A stretch of 64,000 bases of DNA from an uncultured Solirubrobacterales bacterium (GTDB lineage: Bacteria; Actinomycetota; Thermoleophilia; Solirubrobacterales; 70-9): contig CAVPRX010000002.1 in assembly GCA_963708115.1 (NCBI GenBank), positions 452,092 through 516,091 on the forward strand, in the 5' to 3' direction. Under the pieces are notes generated by a model. It was not told the DNA's origin. It made no database searches and worked only from the letters and a program-made list of their open reading frames with translations. Numbering within the stretch: position 1 is the stretch's first letter; the number at the start of each line of letters is the position of its first letter. Both the position numbers and the translations under genes were made by a program. Shown here piece after piece: positions 45,682 to 53,730 of this stretch.

Positions 45682-46868
45682 TCGGTGTCCACCGAGATCG
45701 TCACCGGGTCGAGCTGCTGACCGTCCGGGTAGCCGGCGCCGAACGCCGCGGCTCCGGCTGCGGTCAGTTTTGCCGGGATAGCGCTCCAGGTGATCGTCTT
45801 GTCGCCGGCCGAGTAGGTCGGGGAGACGGCGCTGACGTCCAGAGTGGCGAAGTCGACGCCGGCGGTCGGCACTGCCGGCACGTCGGTGCAGCTCATCCCC
45901 GCCGGGGTGTCGATGTCGTATATCGAGTCGAGATCGATCCCCGAGTTGGCGCCGTCGATCGTCAGCTCCAGGTCGGAGAGCTTGACTTCGACGATGCAGT
46001 GGCCGGGCTTGGCGAATTTGACGCTGCCCGCCGTGTGCAGGGTGAGCCGGTCGGCGTTGCCGCCGAGCCCCTTCTCGTAGCTGCCGCTCGCGGCCGGGAA
46101 GCTGAAGAAGGCGCTCGATTCCGAGAGCGTCCCGGTTGAGGTGGCGCCTTCGGCAGTGGTGATCGTGCCAACCGAGCCGGGGCCGAAGTTGCCGAGCACG
46201 TAGCTGCGCCAGCTGGCCAGCACACCCCAATCGGCGCCCCCGGAGACGATCGCCTTGGCGGCGGCGTAGGGGGGCTTTAGCGGTTCTGGTGCCGGGGCGG
46301 CCGGGGCGGTGGCGCCGGTCCGCGCGGCGAGCCAGACCATGCCGACGCCCCGCTTGGTCAGGTTCCGCTCCAGACCGAGCTTCCGCTCGAGGGCGCTCGC
46401 CGCCTCGCTGGTGAGCTGCAGCTTGCCTTCCTCGAGGCCGACCGAGTCGGCGCTGACGATCGGTGCCGCGCCTAGCTTGAAGACGGGGATCTCGCTCTCG
46501 CCCAGCTTGCCAACCAGCGTCCCGGCGGCGAGGTCGAAGCGAATCCCGCTCAGCGCCATCGTCTTCTTGCCGCGCTTGAAGTTGAGGCCGGCGCTGCTGG
46601 TTGCCGAGGGCTGAGCGCCGGGGTCGAGCGCGGCGATCGGCAGGGTCAGCCTGTCTGCCTGACCGGTTGCGCCGGTGCCGGGGAGCAGCTTCACGCCCTG
46701 GCCGCTGAGCGTGCGTCCCTTGCTGTGCTTGGCGACGACGATTACGGCCTCGCCTTGACCGCTGGCGGCGGCGGCCGGGGCTGCCAGGGCGGTGGCCATC
46801 GCTGCCGTGGCGGCGAGCGCGAGCAGGCTGGCGACCAGCCGGCTCCTTCTCGGTTCGTTTGAGCTCAT
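45678..46868 (-). CDS. HtaA-domain haem-binding surface protein 2
   Basis: Has a signal peptide. The HtaA-like block is GGADWGVLASWRSYVLG...FFSFP...GSVKFAKPGHCI. Its N-terminal domain is paralogous to that of protein 1. Confidence 0.65.
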   Translation of the reverse strand: MSSNEPRRSRLVASLLALAATAAMATALAAPAAAASGQGEAVIVVAKHSKGRTLSGQGVKLLPGTGATGQADRLTLPIAALDPGAQPSATSSAGLNFKRGKKTMALSGIRFDLAAGTLVGKLGESEIPVFKLGAAPIVSADSVGLEEGKLQLTSEAASALERKLGLERNLTKRGVGMVWLAARTGATAPAAPAPEPLKPPYAAAKAIVSGGADWGVLASWRSYVLGNFGPGSVGTITTAEGATSTGTLSESSAFFSFPAASGSYEKGLGGNADRLTLHTAGSVKFAKPGHCIVEVKLSDLELTIDGANSGIDLDSIYDIDTPAGMSCTDVPAVPTAGVDFATLDVSAVSPTYSAGDKTITWSAIPAKLTAAGAAAFGAGYPDGQQLDPVTISVDTE

Positions 46869-46930
46869 TCTCGAAAGGTCTCCTTGTTTCTAGGCGCACC
46901 GAGTGCGCTGGACTCGACGGTGACCATGAA

Positions 46931-46983
46931 TTAGGGCACCCTAAGAAATCCACACTAACAAAGTAGGAATTAGGGTGCCCTAA
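46931..46983 (-). promoter_or_regulatory. Two 14-bp palindromic iron-box-like operators upstream of the htaA operon
   Basis: TTAGGGCACCCTAA at 46931-46944 and TTAGGGTGCCCTAA at 46970-46983. The same motif recurs at 49933, 49947 and 50312. The arms resemble DtxR/IdeR TTAGG..CCTAA half-sites. Confidence 0.55.
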
Positions 46984-47767
46984 CGCCTGTCTCGCGAAGC
47001 CAGGCGACATGCAGGGCGGTACGGCCCTCGTGCGCGGTCAGCCGCGCGTCGGCGCCCCAGACGGAGCCCAGCAGCTCGGCGCTCAAGACCTCCTCGGCTG
47101 CCCCGGTCGCGACGGTGCGGCCCGCCGAGACGACCACGACGGTGTCGGCGACCGCCGCCGCCAGGGCCAGGTCGTGGACGACCAGGAGCACCGCCAGGCC
47201 TTCGGCGGCCAGGTCGCGAAGCAGTCCGGCGACGCCGATCGTGGCGCCGAGATCGAGTTGGGAGGTCGGCTCGTCGGCGATCAAGACGGGCGCCTCCTGC
47301 GCCAGCCCGATCGCGATCTGCACTCGCTGCATCTCTCCCCCCGAGAGCGTCGTCAGCGCCCGCTCGGCGAAGCGGGTGACGCGGGCCCGCTCCATCGCTC
47401 GCTCGATCCCCTCGCGATCGGCGGCAGTGAGGCGTCGCAGCGGTCGCAGCCGCGCCGAGCGGCCGATCGTCACCGCTTCCCGCACCGTGATCCCCGCCGG
47501 CACCGGCATCCGCTGTGGCACGAAGGCGCGCAGCCCGGCCAGCTCGCGCCCGCGCATATCGCCGACCTCACGCCCGTCCCAACGAGCGCTGCCGGCGGTG
47601 AGCCGCTGCAGCCCGGAGATGGCCCGCACCAGCGTCGACTTGCCCGCCCCGTTGGGCCCGACCACGGCGACCAGGCGGCCGCGCTCGAGGCGCAGGTCGG
47701 CCCCGCGCAGGATCGGCACGCCGCCGATCTCGACTTCGATTCCCTGGGCATCCAGCAGTGGCGCCAT
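46970..47767 (-). CDS. hmuV: Haem/iron-siderophore ABC transporter ATP-binding protein
   Basis: Walker A GPNGAGKST, signature LSGGEMQRV and Walker B LIADEP. TGATG overlap with the permease. Confidence 0.8.
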   Translation of the reverse strand: MAPLLDAQGIEVEIGGVPILRGADLRLERGRLVAVVGPNGAGKSTLVRAISGLQRLTAGSARWDGREVGDMRGRELAGLRAFVPQRMPVPAGITVREAVTIGRSARLRPLRRLTAADREGIERAMERARVTRFAERALTTLSGGEMQRVQIAIGLAQEAPVLIADEPTSQLDLGATIGVAGLLRDLAAEGLAVLLVVHDLALAAAVADTVVVVSAGRTVATGAAEEVLSAELLGSVWGADARLTAHEGRTALHVAWLRETGVRAP

Positions 47768-49608
47768 CAGACCGCCTTGCGCAGCAGCCAGAGGAAGAGG
47801 GGGACGCCGAGCAGAACCATGAAGGGGCCGACGGGCATCTCGATCGGGGCCCGCAGGGTGCGGGCGAGGGTGTCGCCGGCGGCGAGCAGAGCGGCGCCGC
47901 CGATCGCCGAGGCCGGCACGACGAAGGTGTGGCTGGAGCTGCCGCCGGCCATGCGGACGACGTGGGGCACGACCAAGCCGAGGAAGCCGAGCAGGCCGGC
48001 GATCGCCGCCGAGGCGGCCGCCAGCAGCGCCGCCGCGATCCCGGCCCCGAGCCGGATCAGCTGCGGGCGGGAGCCGAGCGAGGCGGCGACGTCGTCGCCC
48101 AGGGCCAGCCGGTCCAGCGGCCGGATCAAGCAGGCGGCGATGAGGAAGCCGACGGCGAAGTAGGGCCAGATCGTCTCCATCTCCTGCCAACCGCTGGAGG
48201 TGAGGCCGCCGGCGATGAAGAAGATCGCCGAGGGCGCCCGCTCCGGGTAGGCGGCGAGCAGCCCGGTCGTCCCCGCCGTGAACAACGAGAGCATCGCGAT
48301 CCCGGCCAGGATCACCTTGCCGGTGCTGCCGCGGTTGCGCCCCGACCAGGCGAAAGCGAAGACCAGCGTCGCGGCCAGCAGGCCGAAGAAGAGGGCGCCG
48401 ACCGGCAGCAGCGCGATCGAGCCGGGGAAGAGGATGATGATCAGGATTGCCCCGAAGCCGGCGCCGCCGGTGACCCCGATCACGTCGGGAGAGGCGAGCG
48501 GGTTGGCCAGCGCCCCCTGCAGGATCGCCCCGGCGATGCCGAGCGCGGCACCGACGATCAGCGCCTCGACCGTGCGCGGCAGCCGCAGCGCCTCGATGAT
48601 CTGTTGGTCGGTGCCGCCGCCGCCCTTGCCGAGCAGGATGTCGATCACCTCGCCCGCCGGCACCTTGACCGCACCCAGCGCCAGCGAAGCCACGATGGCG
48701 AGGGCGAGGGCGGCGAGCAGCGCCGCGAAGACCAGGGCACGGCGCGCCACCTGGGTCAGTTCTTCAGGTAGGCGCGGCGGACCTTGCGGATCGTGCGCGG
48801 CGATGTCGGTCCCCGCCTGCAGCAGCGAGTTGTCGACCGAGACGTAGACCTGGCCGGTCCGCGCCGCCGTGGTGCTCGCCCAGGCTGGGTTGTCGCGCAG
48901 GTATTCGGTGAGGCTGGGGATGTCGTCGGCGCTGGCGTGCGGGACGGCGATGATGATGTCGGGGTCTTCGGCGACCACGACTTCGTCGGAGATCCGCTCG
49001 AAGCCCGAGTTGGACTTGACGCCGCCGGTGAGCAGCTCGCCGCCGGCCTTGCTGACGATGTCGCCACCCCAGCTGTTGGGCAGGAAGGTGAAGGGAGTGC
49101 GGCCGACGCCGAGGATCAGCATCACCTTCGGGTGTTTGTCGATCCCTTTGGTAGCGGCCTCGACCTGCTTGCGCATCGACTGCAACAGATCGCGGGCGTA
49201 GTGCTTGCGGCCGACGATCGTGCCGATCTTGAAGGTGTCGGCGAGGGCGCCGTCGACCGAGCGCGGGTCGTTGAGGACGACGTCGATCCCCAGGCTCTTC
49301 ATCGCCTGGTTTCCCTTGGCCCAGGTCCGGGAGGAGAAGACGAGATCGGGATCGAGCGAGGCGAGCTGCTCGAGGTTGGGCCCGTTCGGGTGCGAAAGCG
49401 GCAGCGTGGTGACCCCCTCCAGCTTCGGCGAGAAGCGTTCGGCGCCACCCAGCGTTTCGCCGATCCCGACCGGCGTCACCCCGAGCTTTGCCAGCGTGTT
49501 GGCGGCGAACGGCGTCAGCGCGACGATCCGCTTTGGGGGCGCCGCCTGACTCGTAGCCGGCAGGCAGAGCGCCACCAGGAGCAGGACGAGGCCGAGTGGC
49601 TTCCTCAC
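47767..49608 (-). CDS. Haem/iron ABC transporter: periplasmic-binding-protein domain (HmuT-like) fused as read to the FecCD-family permease (HmuU-like)
   Basis: GTG 49608 (GTGA overlap with the isdG-like gene) gives a signal peptide and then RIVALTPFAANTLAKLG. From about 48750 there are ten TM helices with FecCD motifs. An alternative frame ends the binding protein at 48756. See finding. Confidence 0.7.
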   Translation of the reverse strand: MRKPLGLVLLLVALCLPATSQAAPPKRIVALTPFAANTLAKLGVTPVGIGETLGGAERFSPKLEGVTTLPLSHPNGPNLEQLASLDPDLVFSSRTWAKGNQAMKSLGIDVVLNDPRSVDGALADTFKIGTIVGRKHYARDLLQSMRKQVEAATKGIDKHPKVMLILGVGRTPFTFLPNSWGGDIVSKAGGELLTGGVKSNSGFERISDEVVVAEDPDIIIAVPHASADDIPSLTEYLRDNPAWASTTAARTGQVYVSVDNSLLQAGTDIAAHDPQGPPRLPEELTQVARRALVFAALLAALALAIVASLALGAVKVPAGEVIDILLGKGGGGTDQQIIEALRLPRTVEALIVGAALGIAGAILQGALANPLASPDVIGVTGGAGFGAILIIILFPGSIALLPVGALFFGLLAATLVFAFAWSGRNRGSTGKVILAGIAMLSLFTAGTTGLLAAYPERAPSAIFFIAGGLTSSGWQEMETIWPYFAVGFLIAACLIRPLDRLALGDDVAASLGSRPQLIRLGAGIAAALLAAASAAIAGLLGFLGLVVPHVVRMAGGSSSHTFVVPASAIGGAALLAAGDTLARTLRAPIEMPVGPFMVLLGVPLFLWLLRKAV

Positions 49609-49904
49609 GCCGGCACCCTCGTGTCGATCACGTCGTAGTTGCGAACCTCGCTGCCGTGGGCGAGCTCGCCGTCGGCGTGTCGGTGGCTCATCTTGAAGAG
49701 GTCGCTGTTGACCCACTCCCGGAAGGCGTCCTCGTTCTCCCAGCGGCTCAGCACCACGTACTCGCCATCGCGGTCGCGCCGCAGCAGCTCAAAGCCGGCG
49801 AACCCCTCGGCTTTGTGGACGTGGCTCTCGCGCTCCAGAAACGCCCGCTCGAACGCCTCCCGTCGCTCCTCGTGTACATGGACAACGTTCATCACCAGAT
49901 ACAA
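49605..49904 (-). CDS. IsdG/MhuD-like haem-degrading monooxygenase (ABM family)
   Basis: 99 aa with NVVHV....R..FE..F......V....GF..FELL, the ABM pattern. It is the first gene of the hmu operon. Confidence 0.6.
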   Translation of the reverse strand: MYLVMNVVHVHEERREAFERAFLERESHVHKAEGFAGFELLRRDRDGEYVVLSRWENEDAFREWVNSDLFKMSHRHADGELAHGSEVRNYDVIDTRVPA

Positions 49905-49932
49905 GGGCCCGCTCCTTTCGAAAAGGGGCCAC

Positions 49933-49960
49933 TTAGGGCGCCCTAATTAGGTTGCCCTAA
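49933..49960 (-). promoter_or_regulatory. Tandem iron-box-like palindromes upstream of the isdG-hmuTUV operon
   Basis: TTAGGGCGCCCTAA at 49933-49946, immediately followed by TTAGGTTGCCCTAA at 49947-49960. Confidence 0.55.
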
Positions 49961-50018
49961 GAAAGGTAGCCGAAGACGGCCGGGCAGGTCGCCCAGGTCA
50001 CTCGGGTCGCCGGCAGCG

Positions 50019-50309
50019 CTACTTGCCCAGCGCGGCGCGAGCTCGCTTGGCGAGCTTGACCGTTGCCATGCGAAGGCCCTCGGGGCCCTCGATCGGCTCG
50101 CCGTAGGAAACGCGGACGGGAGCCTCGCCGGCGGCGGATTGGATCACCAGGTCGAGGCCAAGGCGGTCGGCGTCGACGCAGCGTGCGGCAGTCGCCTGGG
50201 GCGCGCCGCCGAGCGCGCGCGCCATGTCCAGCAGGGCGTCGGCGTGGTCATCGTTGAGATGGTCGATGGCGTGCGCGGCGCCACGGCTCACTGGGTCGTC
50301 CTGCTTCAT
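50019..50309 (-). CDS. DUF2470-like haem-utilisation protein
   Basis: 96 aa. AIDHLNDDHADALLDMAR is typical of DUF2470 (the HugZ C-terminal-like domain). Sits in a haem gene context. Confidence 0.55.
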   Translation of the reverse strand: MKQDDPVSRGAAHAIDHLNDDHADALLDMARALGGAPQATAARCVDADRLGLDLVIQSAAGEAPVRVSYGEPIEGPEGLRMATVKLAKRARAALGK

Positions 50310-50311
50310 GG

Positions 50312-50325
50312 TTAGGGCACCCTAA
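50312..50325 (-). promoter_or_regulatory. Iron-box-like palindrome abutting the DUF2470 start codon
   Basis: TTAGGGCACCCTAA begins 2 nt upstream of ATG 50309. Confidence 0.5.
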
Positions 50326-50385
50326 TGGATAGGTCTGTCTGCCTGCGGCTCGCGGGGTGGCTGCGCCTTTGGGAACATCCGCCAC

Positions 50386-51918
50386 GTGGAGGAGGAGCGA
50401 AGCGGGGGAGGGGAGCGGGACGATCTCGCCGAGCTGCTGCGGCGCGAGGCGCTGACCCGCGACGAGGCGCGGCCGGAGGCGGTGCGGCGACGGCATCAGG
50501 CTGAAGGGCGAACCGCGCGGGAGAACATCGACGACCTGGTCGACTCGGGCTCCTTCGTCGAGTACGGCCGCTTCGCGATCGCCGCGCAGCGCGGGCGGCG
50601 TGAGCTCGAGGATCTGATCGAGCGCACGCCGGCCGACGGGCTGGTGGGCGGCACTGCGCGGATCAACGGCGAGCTCTTCGGCGAGCGCGCCGCTTGCGCC
50701 GTGCTCTCCTACGACTACACGGTCCTCGCCGGCACGCAGGGGGCGCTGGGCCACCGCAAGAAGGACCGCCTCTTCGAGTTGATCGAGCGGATGCGCCTGC
50801 CGGCCGTGCTCTTCGCCGAGGGCGGTGGCGGGCGGCCTGGGGACACCGACTACCCCGTCGTCTCCGCTCTCGACACCCGCGCTTTCGCGCTCTGGGCGCG
50901 GCTGTCGGGCGTGGTGCCGCGGATCGCCGTCGTCGCCGGTCGCTGCTTCGCCGGCAACGCGGTGCTTGCCGGCTGCTCGGATCTGATCGTCGCCACGGAG
51001 AACGTCTCGCTGGGGATGGGCGGCCCGGCGATGATCGAGGGCGGTGGGCTGGGCAAGGTCGACCCGGATGAGGTCGGCCCGCTCGGGATGCAGGAGCGCA
51101 ACGGGGTGGTCGATCTGGCCGTCGCCGACGAGGCGGCGGCCGTCGCCGCGGCGAAGCGCCTGCTCGCCTACTTCCAGGGCCCGACTCAGCCCGGTCCCGA
51201 ACCCGACCAGACCGCTCTGCGCGAGATCGTCCCCGAGCGCGAGCGTCGCGCCTACCCGGTGGGGCCGGTGATCGAGACGCTCGCCGATATCGGCTCGGTC
51301 ACCTTCCTGCGCGAGCGCTTCGCGCCGGAGATGGTCACGGCGCTGGGGCGGATCGAGGGCCGCCCACTCGGCTTCATCGCCAACGACTCGATGCACATGG
51401 CCGGGGCGATCACCAGCGAGGCCTCCGACAAGGCGGCTCGCTTCTTGCGGCTCTGCGACTCGTTTGGACTCCCGGTCGTCTCGCTGATCGACACGCCGGG
51501 CTTCATGGTCGGCCCCGAGGCGGAGGCAACCGGTCTGGTCCACCATGCTTCGCGGCTGCTGATTGGCGGCGCCACGTTGCGGGTGCCGCTGATCGCCGTG
51601 ATCCTGCGTCGCGGCTACGGCCTCGGCGCGCAAGCGATGGCCGGCGGCAGCCTGCACGAGCCGCTGCTGACGATCGCCTGGCCGGCGGCCCACCTCGGGC
51701 CGATGGGGCTGGAGGGTGCGGTGCGGCTGGCGCTGCGCAAGGAGCTGGAGGAAATCGAGGACGTGGGAGAGCGCGAGCAACGCGTCCGCGACCTGACCGC
51801 CGCCGCCGAGGACAACGCGAAGGCGATCAACGCGGCGATGCTCTTCGAGCTCGACGACGTCGTCGACCCAGTGCAGACCCGCTCCCTGATCGCCTCGACC
51901 CTGTCGGCAGCGGTCTAG
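50386..51918 (+). CDS. Acyl-CoA carboxylase carboxyltransferase domain protein
   Basis: SYDYTVLAGTQG, GRCFAGNA and LIDTPGFMVGPEAE are carboxyltransferase motifs. Confidence 0.8.
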   Translation: MEEERSGGGERDDLAELLRREALTRDEARPEAVRRRHQAEGRTARENIDDLVDSGSFVEYGRFAIAAQRGRRELEDLIERTPADGLVGGTARINGELFGERAACAVLSYDYTVLAGTQGALGHRKKDRLFELIERMRLPAVLFAEGGGGRPGDTDYPVVSALDTRAFALWARLSGVVPRIAVVAGRCFAGNAVLAGCSDLIVATENVSLGMGGPAMIEGGGLGKVDPDEVGPLGMQERNGVVDLAVADEAAAVAAAKRLLAYFQGPTQPGPEPDQTALREIVPERERRAYPVGPVIETLADIGSVTFLRERFAPEMVTALGRIEGRPLGFIANDSMHMAGAITSEASDKAARFLRLCDSFGLPVVSLIDTPGFMVGPEAEATGLVHHASRLLIGGATLRVPLIAVILRRGYGLGAQAMAGGSLHEPLLTIAWPAAHLGPMGLEGAVRLALRKELEEIEDVGEREQRVRDLTAAAEDNAKAINAAMLFELDDVVDPVQTRSLIASTLSAAV

Positions 51919-51930
51919 GAGGATCTAGCC

Positions 51931-52794
51931 CTAGAGGAGGTGCTGGCGCAGGAAGGCGATCTCGTCGGCGACGACTGCCTCGTGCTGGGGACCGTCATAG
52001 ATGTCGAAGTGGTCGACGTCGGGATAGGTGCGCAGCTCGCCCTGGGGCGCCCGGCGGGCCGCGGCAATCGCCGGGCCTGGCTTGGCGACCCGGTCGGCCT
52101 CGCCGACACAGGCGAGCCACGGACAGTGGAGCTTCGCCGCGTGGCGGGCCGGACGGTAGGGACGGCCGAGTAGCCAGCGGGCCGAGACCCGGTTGCGCCA
52201 GCGCGAGTCCTCGCCGGTCGCGACGACGTGGCGCCAGCCCTCCTCGCCACCGGGTGCGTTGATGAACGCCGCCTCGTCCGGCTGTCCGACCGCCGGCAGG
52301 TGACGCCCCATGACTGCGGCAAGCACCGCTTGCGCGGTGACCAGGGGCGAGGAGCGATGGGCCTGGCGCCACATGTCGAGGAAGGGGACCTGGCTGATCG
52401 CTGCGGCAACTCGGGGATCGTCCGCGGCGGCGGCGAGCGCGTTGCCGCCGCCCATCGAGGAGCCGAAGGTGGCGATGCGATCGGGATCGATGCCGGGCAG
52501 CGAACGGGCAAAGGCGATCGCCGCGCGCCAGTCCTCGAGCTGGCGGGAGGGACGGAAGAGGTCGGGCTCGCCGCCGCTGTCGCCGAAGCCGCGATGATCG
52601 AAGAGGAGGGCAGCGACGCCCGCCTCGGAGAAGCGCTCGGCGAACGGGCCGAGCCGGTCCCGCCGGGTCCCCGACAGGCCATGAGCCATGACGACAAGCG
52701 GCGCGACGGCCTCGCCTCCCGTGGCCGGATACAGCCACGCCGCGCAGGCGTCGCCATCGACCTGAAAGCTGAGATCTCGCCTCTCCATATCCAC
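51931..52794 (-). CDS. Alpha/beta hydrolase
   Basis: VVMAHGLSG, nucleophile elbow GSSMGG and DHRGFGDSGG. The start is GTG 52794 or ATG 52788. Confidence 0.75.
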   Translation of the reverse strand: MDMERRDLSFQVDGDACAAWLYPATGGEAVAPLVVMAHGLSGTRRDRLGPFAERFSEAGVAALLFDHRGFGDSGGEPDLFRPSRQLEDWRAAIAFARSLPGIDPDRIATFGSSMGGGNALAAAADDPRVAAAISQVPFLDMWRQAHRSSPLVTAQAVLAAVMGRHLPAVGQPDEAAFINAPGGEEGWRHVVATGEDSRWRNRVSARWLLGRPYRPARHAAKLHCPWLACVGEADRVAKPGPAIAAARRAPQGELRTYPDVDHFDIYDGPQHEAVVADEIAFLRQHLL

Positions 52795-52840
52795 TACAAC
52801 GAGCCTATGCGCGGAAACGTGAGAGGGCGACTAGCGGGAT

Positions 52841-53302
52841 TCAATCCTCACCTGATCCATCGCCCGTTTTATGAGCAAGCACCACGGAGCGGATGAAGCC
52901 TCCCCGACGATTTGTACGGCGTCGATGGCAATTGGCGCAGACGACCTCGCACTTCTCGATCTCGGCGAGGATGTCTTTCCAGGGCCGTTCGCGCATGCCC
53001 TTGCCGATGCCGAACCGTTTTTCTCCCAGGTGGTCGAACTCCAAGACGAGCGGATCGCCCTCCCCGCAATCCACGCATGGATGCTCGCGAAAGGAGACGA
53101 GATAGGCGGTGCGCTCGGCGACGATTCTCTTCGTGCGCCGACGGGCGGAATCGATGTAGCGCTGCTTGTTGCTGGAGTAGTGCTCGTGCTTGTAGGCGGT
53201 TCGGCAGGACCGGCAGTAGTTGTCACGCTGTCCACGGGCTTTTCGCCGCCAAGCGAATTCGTCCAGCGATTTCTTCTCCTTGCAGCGTCCACATAGCCTC
53301 AT
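52841..53302 (-). CDS. Stand-alone HNH endonuclease
   Basis: CGRC...CRSC zinc ribbon plus HPCVDCGE...LEFDH...CANCHRRR, an HNH core. G+C is lower than the surroundings. ATG 53302. Confidence 0.7.
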   Translation of the reverse strand: MRLCGRCKEKKSLDEFAWRRKARGQRDNYCRSCRTAYKHEHYSSNKQRYIDSARRRTKRIVAERTAYLVSFREHPCVDCGEGDPLVLEFDHLGEKRFGIGKGMRERPWKDILAEIEKCEVVCANCHRRRTNRRGGFIRSVVLAHKTGDGSGED

Positions 53303-53316
53303 GCGCGGCAACCTAT

Positions 53317-53340
53317 CGATACGAACAGACGTTCGTATCG
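53317..53340 (-). promoter_or_regulatory. LexA (SOS) box within a 24-bp perfect palindrome, 15-20 nt upstream of the HNH gene
   Basis: CGATACGAAC-AGAC-GTTCGTATCG. The core CGAACAGACGTTCG fits GAAC-N4-GTTC. Confidence 0.55.
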
Positions 53341-53366
53341 CGCCCTCCTGGCGGCGGATTCTGGTA

Positions 53367-53437
53367 AGCGGCGGACGGGAATTGAACCCGCATCATCGCC
53401 TTGGAAGGGCGAGGCTCTACCGTTGAGCTACCACCGC
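53367..53437 (-). tRNA. tRNA-Gly(TCC)
   Basis: Acceptor GCGGTGG/CCGCCGC. Anticodon arm TCGCC-CTTCCAA-GGCGA. T-arm GCGGG-TTCAATT-CCCGT. Discriminator U. Confidence 0.85.
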
Positions 53438-53513
53438 GTGCGCGAGTCGCCTTCATATGGGATCCGCGTCGCCTAGGTAGTTTGCCCGAATCCGTCAGAA
53501 TGCGGAGCAGCCA

Positions 53514-53587
53514 CGGGGAGTGGCGCAGTCTGGTAGCGCACTCGGCTGGGGGCCGAGCGGTCGCAGGTTCAAATCCTGTCTCCCCGA
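53514..53587 (+). tRNA. tRNA-Pro(GGG)
   Basis: Acceptor CGGGGAG/CTCCCCG. Anticodon arm CTCGG-CTGGGGG-CCGAG. T-arm GCAGG-TTCAAAT-CCTGT. Confidence 0.85.
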
Positions 53588-53730
53588 TATTCCGATATTT
53601 CAGAGCCGGCTTGGGAAGCGGCTTGAGGCCCAAGCGGCTTGATGAAGCCGTGCGGAGTTGCCGCCTCGAGACCCGCTAGGGTCAGTCCGGAGCGGAGCTA
53701 CGCCTGACCCTTCGCCCCGGAGAACTGGAC

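Noticed and set aside
44437-47010. 857-aa ORF spanning both HtaA genes
   Set aside because: It is out of frame with the well-formed 45678..46868 gene. Only the part downstream of ATG 45681, which has a signal peptide, is protein-like.
4375-51780. Large antisense shadow ORFs (e.g. 4375..6249 +, 14590..15873 -, 27917..29428 -, 30806..32785 -, 38661..40361 -, 50248..51780 -)
   Set aside because: Each lies opposite a gene with clear family motifs. Each also has an Arg/Gly/Asp/His-rich mirror composition typical of non-coding frames in high-G+C genomes.
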